Assembly (NCBI GenBank): GCA_013239625.1
Contig: MU053881.1
Location: 5,291,957-5,353,956, forward strand
Length of the DNA stretch: 62,000 nt
From: Lama guanicoe
Lineage: Eukaryota
Reading direction: 5' to 3'
Both the position numbers and the translations under genes were made by a program. Below the pieces are notes generated by a model. It ran no database searches, had not been told where the DNA came from, and saw nothing but the letters and a program-made list of their open reading frames with translations. Below are positions 24,130 to 35,199 of the stretch, piece by piece; position 1 is the first letter of the stretch; each line of letters begins with the position of its first letter.

Positions 24130-26130
24130 TCAACTGTCCCTATTTGCAGAGATGTAATCTCTATGTGGGAAATCCCATAGGGTCTATGGAAAAGCAACTT
24201 GAATAGGTGAATTTAGCAAGGTCATAGGATCCAAAGTTAATACATGAAAGTCAATCTAACTTCTATATTCTGGTAATGAACAATTGGGATTTGAAATTTT
24301 TTAAAAAGTAAAATTTACAATAGCATCGAAAAACCATGAAATACTTACAGATAAATCTGACAAAATACATGCAAGATCTATATACTGAAAACTATCAAAC
24401 TATAAAGCATTAAGAGGCAACAAAAAAAGACCCAAATAAAGAGATACACTATGTTCATGGATAAGACTCAACATAGTCAAGATGTCAGATCTCTTTGAAT
24501 TGATCTATAGATTCAACACAACATCAAGTAAAATCTGAATAATATTTTTTTGTTAAAATTGAAGGGCTGATTCTAAAATTTATATGGAAAGACAAAAGAA
24601 TTAGAGTAGCTAACACAATTTTTTAAAAGAAGAATAAAGTTGGATGATTTGTGTTACTTGATTTTAAGACTTATTATAAAGCTACATTATAAATCAATAA
24701 AAAATTAAAATAAAACAAAATAAAATAAAGCTACAACAATCAAGAGAGTGTAGTCCAGGTAAAAGGATAGGCCCATAGATAAATGGAAAGAAGAGAGAGT
24801 CCACAAGTCCAGAGTTCAGTGGTTTAGCAGAAGTAAACCCACAGGAATGGCCAATTGAGTTACAACAAAGGTGCAAAAGTAATTCAATGCAGAAAGAATA
24901 ATCTTTTCAATAAATGATTTTGGAACAATTGGACATACAAAACAATAAACTGCAACCCCTATCTCACCACATACACCAAAGATCACTTGAAATTGATCAT
25001 AGACCTACATGCACAAAACTGAAAACTATAAAACTTCTAGAAGGAAACACAAGAGAACAATCTTTGTGACTTTGTTTAGTCAATGATTTCTTAGGACACA
25101 AAAAGCACAAACTATAAAAGGAAAAAAATAGATAAATTGGACTGTATCATATATTTTCATTGTCTTCAAAAGACAATATTAAGAGAATGAAAAGATAAGA
25201 CAAAGATTGGAGAAAATATTTGCAAAACACACACTTGATAAAAGACTGGTATCCTAAATATACAAAGTACTCCCACAACTCAATAATAAGAAAATGAACA
25301 ATTCAATTTTTTAAATGGGAAAAAGATTTGAATACATGCTTACCCAAAAAAGAGAAGTGGATAGCAAATAAGGATGTGAAAAATCCTTGGTTTCATTAGT
25401 CATTCATTAAGTAAATGCACATTAAAACCAACAAGATAACACTATACATCTATTAAAATGGCTAAACATTTCTTTAAATGCTGACGAAACCAAGTGCTGT
25501 TGAGGGTGTGGAGCAATTTGAATTCTCATTCCATTACTCATACAACCACTCTGGAAGACAGTTTGGCAGTTTCTTAGAAAGTTAAACATACACTTACCCA
25601 TGTGACCCAAACCATCCCACCTCTGGGTATTTACCCAAGAGAAATTAAACATTTCCCCACAAAGACCCACATGCAAATACTTGCAGCAGCTTTATTCATA
25701 ATAACCCCAAACTGAAAGCAACCCAAATGTCCACACATTGACATACAGTGGAATACCACTCACGCATACTAAGAATGATTTATGAATACATAAATGCAAC
25801 AACATGGATGGATCTCATAAACATTAATGCAAGTGAAAGAAGCCAGACACAAAAAGCTGCATGCAGTATGGCTCCATTTATACAACATTCCGAAAAACAA
25901 AGCTATAGTGACAAAAATCGGGTTAATCATTGCCGGGGGTTGCAGCGAGGGGACTGATTGCAAAGGAACAAGAAGGAAATTTAGTGGTGAAGGAAACTCT
26001 AACTTGATTATGGTGGAGGTTATACAACTGCATACATTTGTCAAAACTCATCAAATGGTACAGCTTAAAAATGTGAATTTTTGCTTTAGGCAAATTATGT
26101 CTTAATAAACCTGACTTTAAAAATGATGTA
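24130..26130 (+). mobile_element. Old L1 (L1MB/MC-like) degenerate ORF2 3' half and 3'UTR
   Basis: gaatttagcaaggtcataggatccaaagttaata; aattgatctatagattcaac; ctgattctaaaatttatatgga; aaaactataaaacttctagaagg; many stops and frameshifts. Confidence 0.9.
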
Positions 26131-26597
26131 TACCAACAGAATATTCATTTGACAAAAAAATGCATTGATTATCTACTACACACTGTCAACAAGATGGACA
26201 AGAATCTTCCTCGCACAGAGCTTCTGTCCCTCTGTAATGTGTGTGTGTATATCCATGTGCGCGTGTGTGTGCACGTATACGTGTGTGTTGTGTGTATGTT
26301 TACTGTTTTCGTGGGTTGAAGCCTTTCTTGTTTCTGTCTGTTTTTGTTTGCTTTCTGGTATCTTCAAATGGTTGTTTTAAAATGTTGTCCAGAGTTTATA
26401 ATTGCTGTCTGTGGAACGATTAGTCTGATATAAGCTACTCCAACTGGACCAGAACCGGGTCTGAAGGGAGACTAGAACATTGATGCTGACAAAACTGTGA
26501 TGACTTTGAAGACACGTGACAAATAAATCCACAATAGGCACATAAGATTCGAGAATAAGTGTATTATTCAGATAGTCTTGTATTTCAATCAGTCTTG

Positions 26598-26762
26598 TAT
26601 TTTTATTAAAAAGTGGAACGCACTTACAATTTTCTGTTTCCTGACAGTGCTGTGTGTACTCAGGAATTCCTAATGTTAAATATCATAAAAGTTTTTTCCT
26701 AGTCCCTTAGAAGTGCACAGCTCTAGCGCTTAATAAGTGTGTTCCACTTTTTAATAAAAATA
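26598..26762. mobile_element. MITE-like element with 29-bp terminal inverted repeats (family unassigned)
   Basis: tatttttattaaaaagtggaacgcactta (26598-26626) vs taagtgtgttccactttttaataaaaata (26734-26762): 28/29 complementary, TA at both outer ends. Confidence 0.7.
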
Positions 26763-26807
26763 TTTAGTTAGTTAGTTAGTCTTTCACTCAACAAACATGA
26801 GCTAGGG

Positions 26808-27979
26808 CAGGGCCAGAGCAAAATGAAAATTCAGAGCTCCTTGGTCAAAGATCAGGAAAAAAAGGGCTGTTAAAGAAATTTACATAGACAGTTTCTTCTT
26901 TCTTCCACGGTCTCTCTCTTGACTTACATTGCTTTTCATTTGTTATTTGCTGTTGTTCTAAGTAAAGAAAAATACAAATTTTAAATTATTATCATGAATT
27001 TACTGTTCACCTTTATGTTGTGACATTTCTGTTTCAAATGTAAACACCAGGACATTTAATTCATAAACAAAATTACTGAAATTACACAATTTGTATTACG
27101 TGGCTCATCCCAGGAGGATGCTTGGAGCTAGCCACAGAGATAACACACCGGACACAGGAAGGACAAAAGAAGGAAGAGGGGATTTTGAGACCCACCCCCT
27201 CCTCTCACCTCCCCCTTCCCCCCAGCACATAGCGAGCTGCAGGAGCGCTCCAGGTTTGGGGCTATTAGCAGGGAGGACACAGATGCTTAGGTGCCACCCC
27301 TGCAATGTAGCATGGGAATTCTTATTTGGGTCAGATGAATGCTGGGTTTCCCCTCCTGCTAGTCACATGCGCTTCACCATGTGCCCTGGCCAGGGCAGGG
27401 TCTGGAGAACTGGATCCAGGCGTCTGGCTCAACCCACGGCAGACTGGCAATCTTCCAGGATATTTAAATCTCCACGCTAACATGTACTAGGAACCTGGCT
27501 CAGGCTTGACCTCCTTCACACGGCCTCTGGCTGGCCACCCACCTGACTGCTGTCTTGCCTAACATGCCCACTGCAGGATGCCCCCAAGTGTGCATGCCTG
27601 ACCCCAACCTTCCGAGTGCCTGGCTCAGGCCCCCTGCTGGAGCAGAAGGCAGCAGTGGTCATGGGGGATATGGGGCAGTGGTAGCAGGGGAGGCCAGACA
27701 GTGTCCTGGAGTGTCCTGGGCACCAGGAGAGAAGCAGCAAGCGTCTGAGAACCCAGCCCCTGGGAAGTGATGGAAGATGGGACTGCAGATGTGCTGAGGC
27801 TCCAAGTCCCCAGTGCATGCTCCGTTGTCCCACCACACTTCACTTACGAAATGCAAATTCAATGATACTATCGCTGGAAATTTCAAGATGGACCATGGAG
27901 CATTAAATTCCAAGCCCACCTTCTGTGCAGAGTGCCCTGTGTGACTGTTATGGTCACAAGTTCATGAAGCCAGCACCTG
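26808..27979 (-). mobile_element. MER45-family (hAT-Tip100) long non-autonomous DNA transposon
   Basis: Ends match the MER45 reverse complement: gccagagcaaaatgaaaattcagagctccttggtcaaa ... aatttcaagatgg...gagcattaaa...gccctgtgtgactg...catgaagccagcacctg; splits an L2 fragment. Confidence 0.8.
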
Positions 27980-28609
27980 GCCGGAGCTGGTCCAGGGATG
28001 AATCAGACACAATCCCTGCCCTCCAGGCGCACTCAGGCAAGGAGCATGCATCGGGCACTCTGGTAGGCACTGGGGGGAGCGGAGAGACCTCCAGGGAAGG
28101 CGTCCCTGCCCTTGGGAAGCTCAGAGCTTGGCTACAGAACTCTGCTTGATAGGCGGGACCCAAGGAGCCCAGAGGGAGGGGATTTGACACCTGCGGGGTG
28201 GGGCAGGGCATGGGAGAAGGGGCAGGGTCCAGGGAGGCCTCTGAGAAAAGTGTCCCTTTTGCTGCTGGGCGATGAGGTGGCCAGGTGAAGAGATGGAGGA
28301 AGCGCATGTCAGGCAAAGGGAACTGGGTGTGCCAAAGCCAGAGACTGGAGGTACCGAAAGAACACATCATTACTTAGAGTGACAGGCACCGGGCCATCCC
28401 CCTGGAGAAGTCCAAACTGTCTTTCTTTTTCTTTTTAACTGCATCTCGGTCTCCTGTTTATTACTGTGACATGAAATACAGTTGCCTGCTGCCCACCTGG
28501 GACACACTGTGTCCACAAGTCTGGCGGGCAAGGTTATTAGTGAAAAAGCACAAGTAGTGCCTGATTCTGTCCGGTTTCGTTTATAGCACAGTCTCCCCCA
28601 CAGGTGAGC

Positions 28610-29000
28610 TCTGCCTGCCGGGTTCAGGCAGGGACGCCGCGGGCCGCCAGGTGCCAAGTTAGGCCCGGGGATTCCGCCCTGCTCCCAACTCTTCACGTCT
28701 GTTGGGCACATGGGTTCCCCCTCATCGGCAGCCCTTTGCCCCTGCAGCCCAAGACCACGGCTACAGCCCCTTCCTCATCTCCTTCTCATCCAAAGCTTCA
28801 GCTACCCCGCCCCAGGCCGCCCCCGCGTTCTAGGCAGGCAGGAATGGAACCTCTTTCTAGAAGCCCGGCTTCAAGGACCAGAGCTCACTCCGATTGGACG
28901 AGCTTGGGCCACGTGCCCGCCTCTGAGCCAATCGCTGTCGCCGGGAGAGTATTTATTGACAGCCTAGCCGGGAACAGGGATGGGACCTCAATGGTGTTAA
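28610..29000 (-). mobile_element. Ancient MaLR LTR remnant (MLT1K-like)
   Basis: ggttcaggcaggg...ctcactccgattggacgagcttgggccacgtgcccgcctctgagccaatcgctg. Confidence 0.6.
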
Positions 29001-29321
29001 TTTCCGACTCCAGGGCTGGTGAGGTGGAAAGAACACTCTTTGCGGATGGGACAGGCCTGAGTTCTAGTTCTGCCTTCTCTCCTTTACTGTCTGTGGGTCT
29101 CTGGGCCACCCGCCTTAAGCCTCAGGCTCCCCATCCTTTATGAAAAGACAGATAAAAATATATAGCAAGCCGTAAGGATTACATACATGTAAAGTGCCTG
29201 GAATGTGGTAGGTTCTCAATAAATGCTAATTAGCAACTATATAAACAATGTCTTGCACCCACACAAATATACAGCCTTTGAACACACTGATTCATTTTTC
29301 TGGACTATACTTCTATCGCTT

Positions 29322-29542
29322 TTTTTTTTTCCTATTGAGTTATAGTCAGTTTACAATGTTGTGTCAATTTCTGGTGTACAGCACAATTCTTCATTCACCA
29401 TGAATACACATATATTCATTTTCATATTCTTTTTCACTGTGAGCTGCTACAAGATATTGAATGTATTTCCCTGTGCTATACAGTATAAACTTGTTCATCT
29501 GTTTTATATATACAGTCAGTATCTGCAAATCTCAAACTCCTG
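29322..29542 (-). mobile_element. Young L1 3'UTR fragment with ~21-bp TSD
   Basis: poly(T)+attgagttatagtcagtttacaatgttgtgtcaatttctgg, the reverse complement of the 3' end at 19600-19680; TSD tgga(c/a)tatacttctatc(g/t)ctt at 29301-29321 and 29543-29563. Confidence 0.9.
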
Positions 29543-29634
29543 TGGAATATACTTCTATCTCTTACCAGCACGTCCTCTCAGACCCCATTTACCACATCCC
29601 AGCCCCAGTGGCTGCCTTCTCTGTGTACCATTAA

Positions 29635-30010
29635 ATAGCAGAGTGGTTAAGAACACAGGCTTGGAGTCAGAAGGGACCACAGTGAAATCCACTTAACTTC
29701 TTTGAACTCCAATTTCTTAATTTGTAAAATGGGCATAAGATACCCAACTCATAGGGTTGTTAGGGGAATTAAATGAGATCATTCAGGCAAATACGCTCAG
29801 CACATAGGGGCTCAATGAAGAGTAGTCTCTATTATAATATGCATCCACCATTATGTAATTACCTTGCATATGCCAGCCTCTTACACTAGAATGTGAGCTT
29901 CCAGAGGGCAAGGGCTCTGCTGGGCTCACCTACGTTTCACTTTCTCATAACCCTACCCCAATACCCAACCAAAGCCTGGTTTCAACTCGGTACTCTAGAA
30001 ATATTTATGA
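29635..30010 (+). mobile_element. MIR (~29635-29840) followed by an L2 3' fragment (~29860-30010)
   Basis: atagcagagtggttaagaacacaggcttggagtcaga...tgtaaaatggg...catagggttgtt; ctagaatgtgagcttccagagggcaaggg. Confidence 0.8.
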
Positions 30011-30899
30011 GATGCTTGGCTAAAAGCCAATACTTGCTGCAGGAAAGCTCACCGCCTTTCTCACTTGCCAGCTGCTGTTACTGACTCTCCTGGGGTTGGA
30101 TGGGCATGTCAGGGAGAACAGAGGCGAGTAAGCAGGAGCAGGAAAGATCTCACTTGATGGATACCACCTTAAACTACCCTCTGCTCATATGTCTAAAGAT
30201 GACACTTAAGTGGTGCTTTTGTGAGTTCTTCAGAGACACCCCCCTCCCAATATTAGTCCCTCAGTGTGAGTGACATCCTCTCCATCTACAGCCTTTTGGA
30301 ATCAGAGGTCTCCTCCAGCTGTCAGCTATTGAGGGCCCCTCACCTTCCAGGTGGTCCTTTTGGAGAGACCTAAGATGGACTCATCCAAGTGGCCCCATCT
30401 AGTCCATGGGGAACACATATATAAACCTTCCCGGTGAAATTCAGGGAGTTGGTCAGTCCCAGTGCAGCATCCACCCCTTTCCCATATCTGCTATTGGAGC
30501 AGTCAGCAAGATATTCTTACCTTGCAGATTTTCCAAGCACTGACTGTATCCCTTCACTGAAAGGGATGGAGATCAAGTCCTCTGAGTGGTCTATTGAAGT
30601 CCCTCTCTTTTGACTTGAGGTAAGGAGAAGCTCCCCTTAGGGGTAAGGTGGGGCTCCCAGCACCAACTCCTCTCCCAGACTTCATTCCCTACCCTTTTGC
30701 ATCAATGACAATGAAGGACTTAAGAGTCAGATAGCCAGAAATTGAGTAAATCATTATACAAGTGCTCAGCTTGATGCATCTCATGTGTACATTGAAAGAT
30801 GCATCCTGAGTTCAGAAACGTAAAATCAAACCCCATTCTAATATACAGTCTACACATGCTAAAGCCTTTCATTTGGGAAGGGGCTGCAAGGCATCTCTG

Positions 30900-31065
30900 G
30901 CAATAAAGGCTTTTGCCCATGCCCCTCACTCCCGCCTCCTGGCCAACCCTGGTGCTTCCCCATGTAGCCTTGCATGGCATGCTGTGCCTCCTGTTTCTGG
31001 AAATCTGCAAGTATAAAAACTTCTTCCTTCATGGCAGTCATTTCTGTGTCGGAATGTCTTACCAT
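30900..31065 (+). mobile_element. 3' (R/U5) part of an ERV LTR (ERVL-class, MER76/MER54-like; subfamily tentative)
   Basis: caataaaggcttttgcccatg...accctggtgcttccccatgtagccttgcatggcatgctgtgcctcctgtttct...aacttcttccttcatggcagtcatttctgtgtc. Confidence 0.65.
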
Positions 31066-31284
31066 ACCTGATTTTAAAAATCATTTTAAAATAGAAGGCC
31101 TGAAAAATAAATAAATAAATAAATAAATAAATAAAAATAAATAAATAAAACAGAAGTCCTGGGTTCGAATCCCAGCCTTGCCACTCACCTACAGTGGAAC
31201 CTAAGCCAATCACTGTCATTCTGTGTCGGAATGTCTTACCATACCTGATTTTAAAAATCATTTTAAAACAGAAGGCCTGAAAAA

Positions 31285-31323
<39 letters not shown>

Positions 31324-31406
31324 AAATAAATAAATAAAACAGAAGTCCTGGGTTCGAATCCCAGCCTTGCCACTCACATACAGTGGAACCTAAGCCAATC
31401 ACTGTC
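31037..31406 (+). repeat. Two-copy tandem duplication (178 and 189 bp units) with internal (TAAA)n
   Basis: Units start at 31037 and 31215; identical except 2 substitutions, a 1-nt indel and TAAA copy number. Confidence 0.95.
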
Positions 31407-31959
31407 TCTCTCTGAGCCTCTGTTGCTGCATTAAGAAGAACAGGGTGAGTGTAATAGTAACTACTTCATGGGGTTGTGGGGAGGAATAATATAAACCCCA
31501 AATAAAAGAAAACCCACACACTCCTCGAAAGCACTTGGTCCACGTGAGTTGTTATGTTAACCCATCACTAAGAGTAGAGACCGGCCCCAATTAGAGCATA
31601 AAGAGCAGACAGCTTCAGGTCAAGGCCATAGAGACTTCCCTGATAGAAACACACTCCTGAGTCCTTAAAAGTCAGGGAGCAGAGTGGCCACAGAGAAAGG
31701 GAGGCCAAGGAGTGTTCTCAGTTAAACACAGAGAACCATGGGAGGGGGAGCAGCAGCCCCAAATGGGGAGCCACAGTCTGCTCACCAAGTTTCCTTCAGG
31801 CACCCTGGCCTGGCTGAGGACTCCACAAAGAGAGGGAGGATCTGGGAGAGGAGACAGAAAAATCAGGCACCAGAAGCGTTACATCAAATCTCAGGATTCA
31901 ACTGCCAACGAGAAACTTACACACTTAGCTTCGAGCATTTCTGGCTATTCTCTGCTGGT

Positions 31960-32600
31960 GCTTAAAAAAAGTCTCGTTTGCAGATTAAGACAATTGATAA
32001 TATCCAGTGTGGGTAAAGGGGCAGAGAGATTGACGCCTTTGTGCCCTGTTGGAGATGGTGTAAATTAATGTAGCTTTTCAAGTGCAATTCATCACTGAGT
32101 ATCGAAAGTCCTAAAAGGGCATGTTATTCTTTGGCCAGCAATCCTACTCTTAGAATTTATCTTAAGGATTTACTCAGACAAGCACACTAAGATGTATATA
32201 CAATGATATTCATCACAGTAGTGTTTATAACAGCAATCTACTGGAAATGATCTAAATATCCATCAATAAGGGACTGTCTAAATAAAATGTTACACCCCTA
32301 CTATGGAATGCCATGTAGACTTCTAAAAAGGATGTTGCAAATCTCCATTTGTTGACAGTGGAAAGATGCCCGTGGTATATCGCTGAGTGAAAAAAAAAAA
32401 GTAGGTTGCAGAACAGCACGTATAGCATGAGCATATTTCTGTCAAATTTTACACATCTATAAATCTACATGTACATAGGCAGAAGGAGAAACTAGGAGGC
32501 AAGATTACCAAAATGCAGAAGGTGGCCATTTCTGGGGTAGGGAGATTTGGGCAGAGGGTGGGGATTTTTGCTTTCTTCTTTATGCTTTTGTGTGATAGCA
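31960..32600 (+). mobile_element. Ancient L1 (L1ME-like) 3' fragment
   Basis: ccagcaatcctactcttagaatttatcttaagga...tattcatcacagtagtgtttataacagca...ctaaatatccatcaataaggga. Confidence 0.8.
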
Positions 32601-32635
32601 AGTTATAGACCATTTAATTCAGCAGAATTCCTAGA

Positions 32636-32866
32636 ACAAGACTTCTCAACCTCAGCACTGGAAAAGTTTTTATTGGGCTAGAAAGTTCTTTGTTGTCCAG
32701 GACCGTCTTGTGCACGCATCATAATTTGTTTAGCAGCATCCCTGACTTCTACCTGTGGAATGCCAGTAGCACTCCGCCATCCCCCTACGTTCTGACAACC
32801 AAAAATGTGTCCAGACATTCTTCCGTGCCCCCTAGGGGCAGGATCATCGCTGGTTGAGAACCACCA
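32636..32866 (+). mobile_element. MER20 (hAT-Charlie) near full length
   Basis: ttctcaacctcagcact...gtttagcagcatccctgacttctacc...atgccagtagcac...tgacaaccaaaaatgtgtccagacatt...ggttgagaaccac. Confidence 0.9.
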
Positions 32867-33309
32867 CTCTGGGGGAAGGGGAAGGCAGGCTATCTAGATG
32901 GTAGGGCTGCTGCCTAGAAATATGTGGAACAGGAGATCAGGAGACACTGCTCAGACTCCAGTCTATTCCCCCTCAAGACTTCTGTGGAGTTCGAAATCCT
33001 GAGTGAGACTGGGTGGACTGTGGAAATGGTGAAGAGGCCAAACCAAGATGGCAGGCTCGGCGCAGAAACAGGGACTTGGGGACCAGCAAGAACTCGGCAG
33101 GGAGTAGAGCACATTGAGAGAGCTCTAAATGCACACAGGCTGTGACTGCGAAGTTCTGAGCCTGTGAATTTGGGGGTTGAACACCTAGCTCCTTGGGCCT
33201 TTTCTAACTCTGTGCCGCACAGTTGTCACGTGCCAATGGTGTCTCCATCCGCAACAGGGTGGTCTGGAGTTTGTCAGGGCTTCGCGCCCAGGACGGACTC
33301 TGACTGATA

Positions 33310-33800
33310 CAAATTACTAACACTTACTGAGATCGTCACTTCGCACCAGGCACTGCTCAGAGACCTTTATGTGTTACTCACTTAGTTCTCACAGCATCCC
33401 TGTGCGGTAAGTAGTCATGACCCTCCCCAAGTTACAGATGGGGAAACTGAGGCACGGAGCAGTAAAGTAAGTCACCCAATCCTCGCCCTCCTCCAACTAG
33501 TACATGTTATAAATGGGTTTTGGGATCCAGAGCATGTCAGCTTACCCACTCAACTCTTCTGTCTCTGGACAGATGTGGGTGGGGCTACTGGAATCCCAAA
33601 GCAGGAGTGACTACATTCCTGGCCACTCTGATGAACTGCCTCTTTAATGAGAACGCCTGCCATCAGTCCAGGGCCCCACATGTGCCAATACAGCACAAGG
33701 TGCTTCACAAATGCTATTTTTATTTCTCAAACACCATGTGAGACAAGCACTGTCATGACTACTCCTATTTCCCAGATGGGTAAACTGAGGCCAGATTCAT
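33310..33800 (-). mobile_element. Two MIR fragments
   Basis: ttacagatggggaaactgaggcacggagcagtaaagtaagtcaccca; cctatttcccagatgggtaaactgaggcc. Confidence 0.8.
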
Positions 33801-33879
33801 TGTCTCCTCCTTGGCACTAACATTGTGGCCCTTTGACCCCTACATTGCATTGTTCATGCATCTGTGTCACACCTGACGG

Positions 33880-34395
33880 CAGGGGCTCCTCTCGCCCTCG
33901 GTGTCCAGCACTGCCGGCCACAGTCACTATTGCTCACCACTTTGGGTGCTGCCCAGCATCGGAGCCCCTTCCTGGGTTTGGAGAAATGGCCACTGTGTGA
34001 ATCCTGATGAGCCCCACCTCTTTCTACAGAAGCCAAAGACCCAGCGCGCGTTCCTCCAACCCTGTCAGATGACCCCGTCCAGGGCACAAGTCTGGAGAGA
34101 AGCAGAGGTCCTTCCGATTTCGTTTCATCACCAGGGTGGTGGCATCTGGGATCTTGAGGGCCTGGTGGCAGGGGCGTGGAGCTGAGAGTCCAGGGGCCCA
34201 GGGGTCAGTGGTGGTCAGGACAGTGGCACGTGCTAGTTAGACCCCGCCCTCAGGATGACCTGTCTGTGCTCTTGGCCCCTCAGCATCCCCTTCAATCCAT
34301 TCCATGAGCTGCCTACCCAGTATCCTTGCAAATAAACCCCTTGTCTCTAAGTAGGCCAAGATTTATTTCTGTTGTTTGCAACTGAGAATCGTAGT
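33880..34395 (+). mobile_element. Ancient ERVL-class LTR (LTR33/LTR16-like)
   Basis: 3' end catgagctgcctacccagtatccttgcaaataaacccctt...atttctgttgtttgcaactgagaa. Confidence 0.55.
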
Positions 34396-35199
34396 GAGGA
34401 CCAAGAATAGACAAAACAAAGAAGAGAGGGAGGGAGGGAAGCCATGCATCACCTTCACCCTGCGAGAATCACTAGGCCAAGTGAGACTTCCCTAGCCGGT
34501 TCCCACTCTTGCCGCTTGAAGATCGCCTGCAGATGATCTGCGCGGAAACACTTACTTGTACAAATGCCCTAACCAGCCACAGATGTGGCCAAACCAGATG
34601 CGGGCGAGGGGCAGAGAAGGCCAGCTATGGGGAACCAAGATGAAGCCACTGGCAGAAAATCCAATTTCTACCAAAACCCCACTCCAAGCTGACCTAATGA
34701 TAGGAAGGGCCTGAGACCGTTTCATCCTCACTGTTCCTGCAGCTCAGGTGTTAATGGAGGCCCCTTGTTCAATGCACTTAAGGGGAAACTGCTCTGTACA
34801 CCTTCAATTCCATGGCCTGTGGATTCCATGGCCCCAAGCTTGTAGTGGGTAGGCCAACTGGGAGTGAGGATCCTGTAGCACTGAATATGGCCACTCCAGC
34901 CCAAAGGACAGCCCAAGAAGATCCCCAGTATTGGCAAACCAGGACCAGACAGGCCAGCCAGGGAGGTGAGGGGGGACCTGCTGTCTCCTTGCTCTGCCTG
35001 CATCACCCCATCCTTTGGGACCCTGTCTGCCCTTGGTAAGGACTTGTCCCTTGTACCCTCCCAGATACAGAACCTGCCAAAGACCTCCTTGTATTTCTGG
35101 GGGAAGAGCTGTCTCAGCGTAGACGGGCGGAATGGGGCCTCCCAATGGAAGGATCGTCAGTTCCTTGGCTTTTCTTCCACAGTGTAGACACCCAGCAAC

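Noticed and set aside
30926..31402. 158-aa ORF with repeated hydrophobic YLFI segments resembling a membrane protein
   Set aside because: Product of the (TTTA)n tract and the tandem duplication.
31037..31406. CRISPR-like repeat-spacer array
   Set aside because: Only two long head-to-tail copies with no unique spacers, in eukaryotic context with no cas genes.
34804..34985. All three minus-strand frames open for ~60 codons
   Set aside because: No recognisable protein; plausible by chance at this GC content somewhere in 62 kb.
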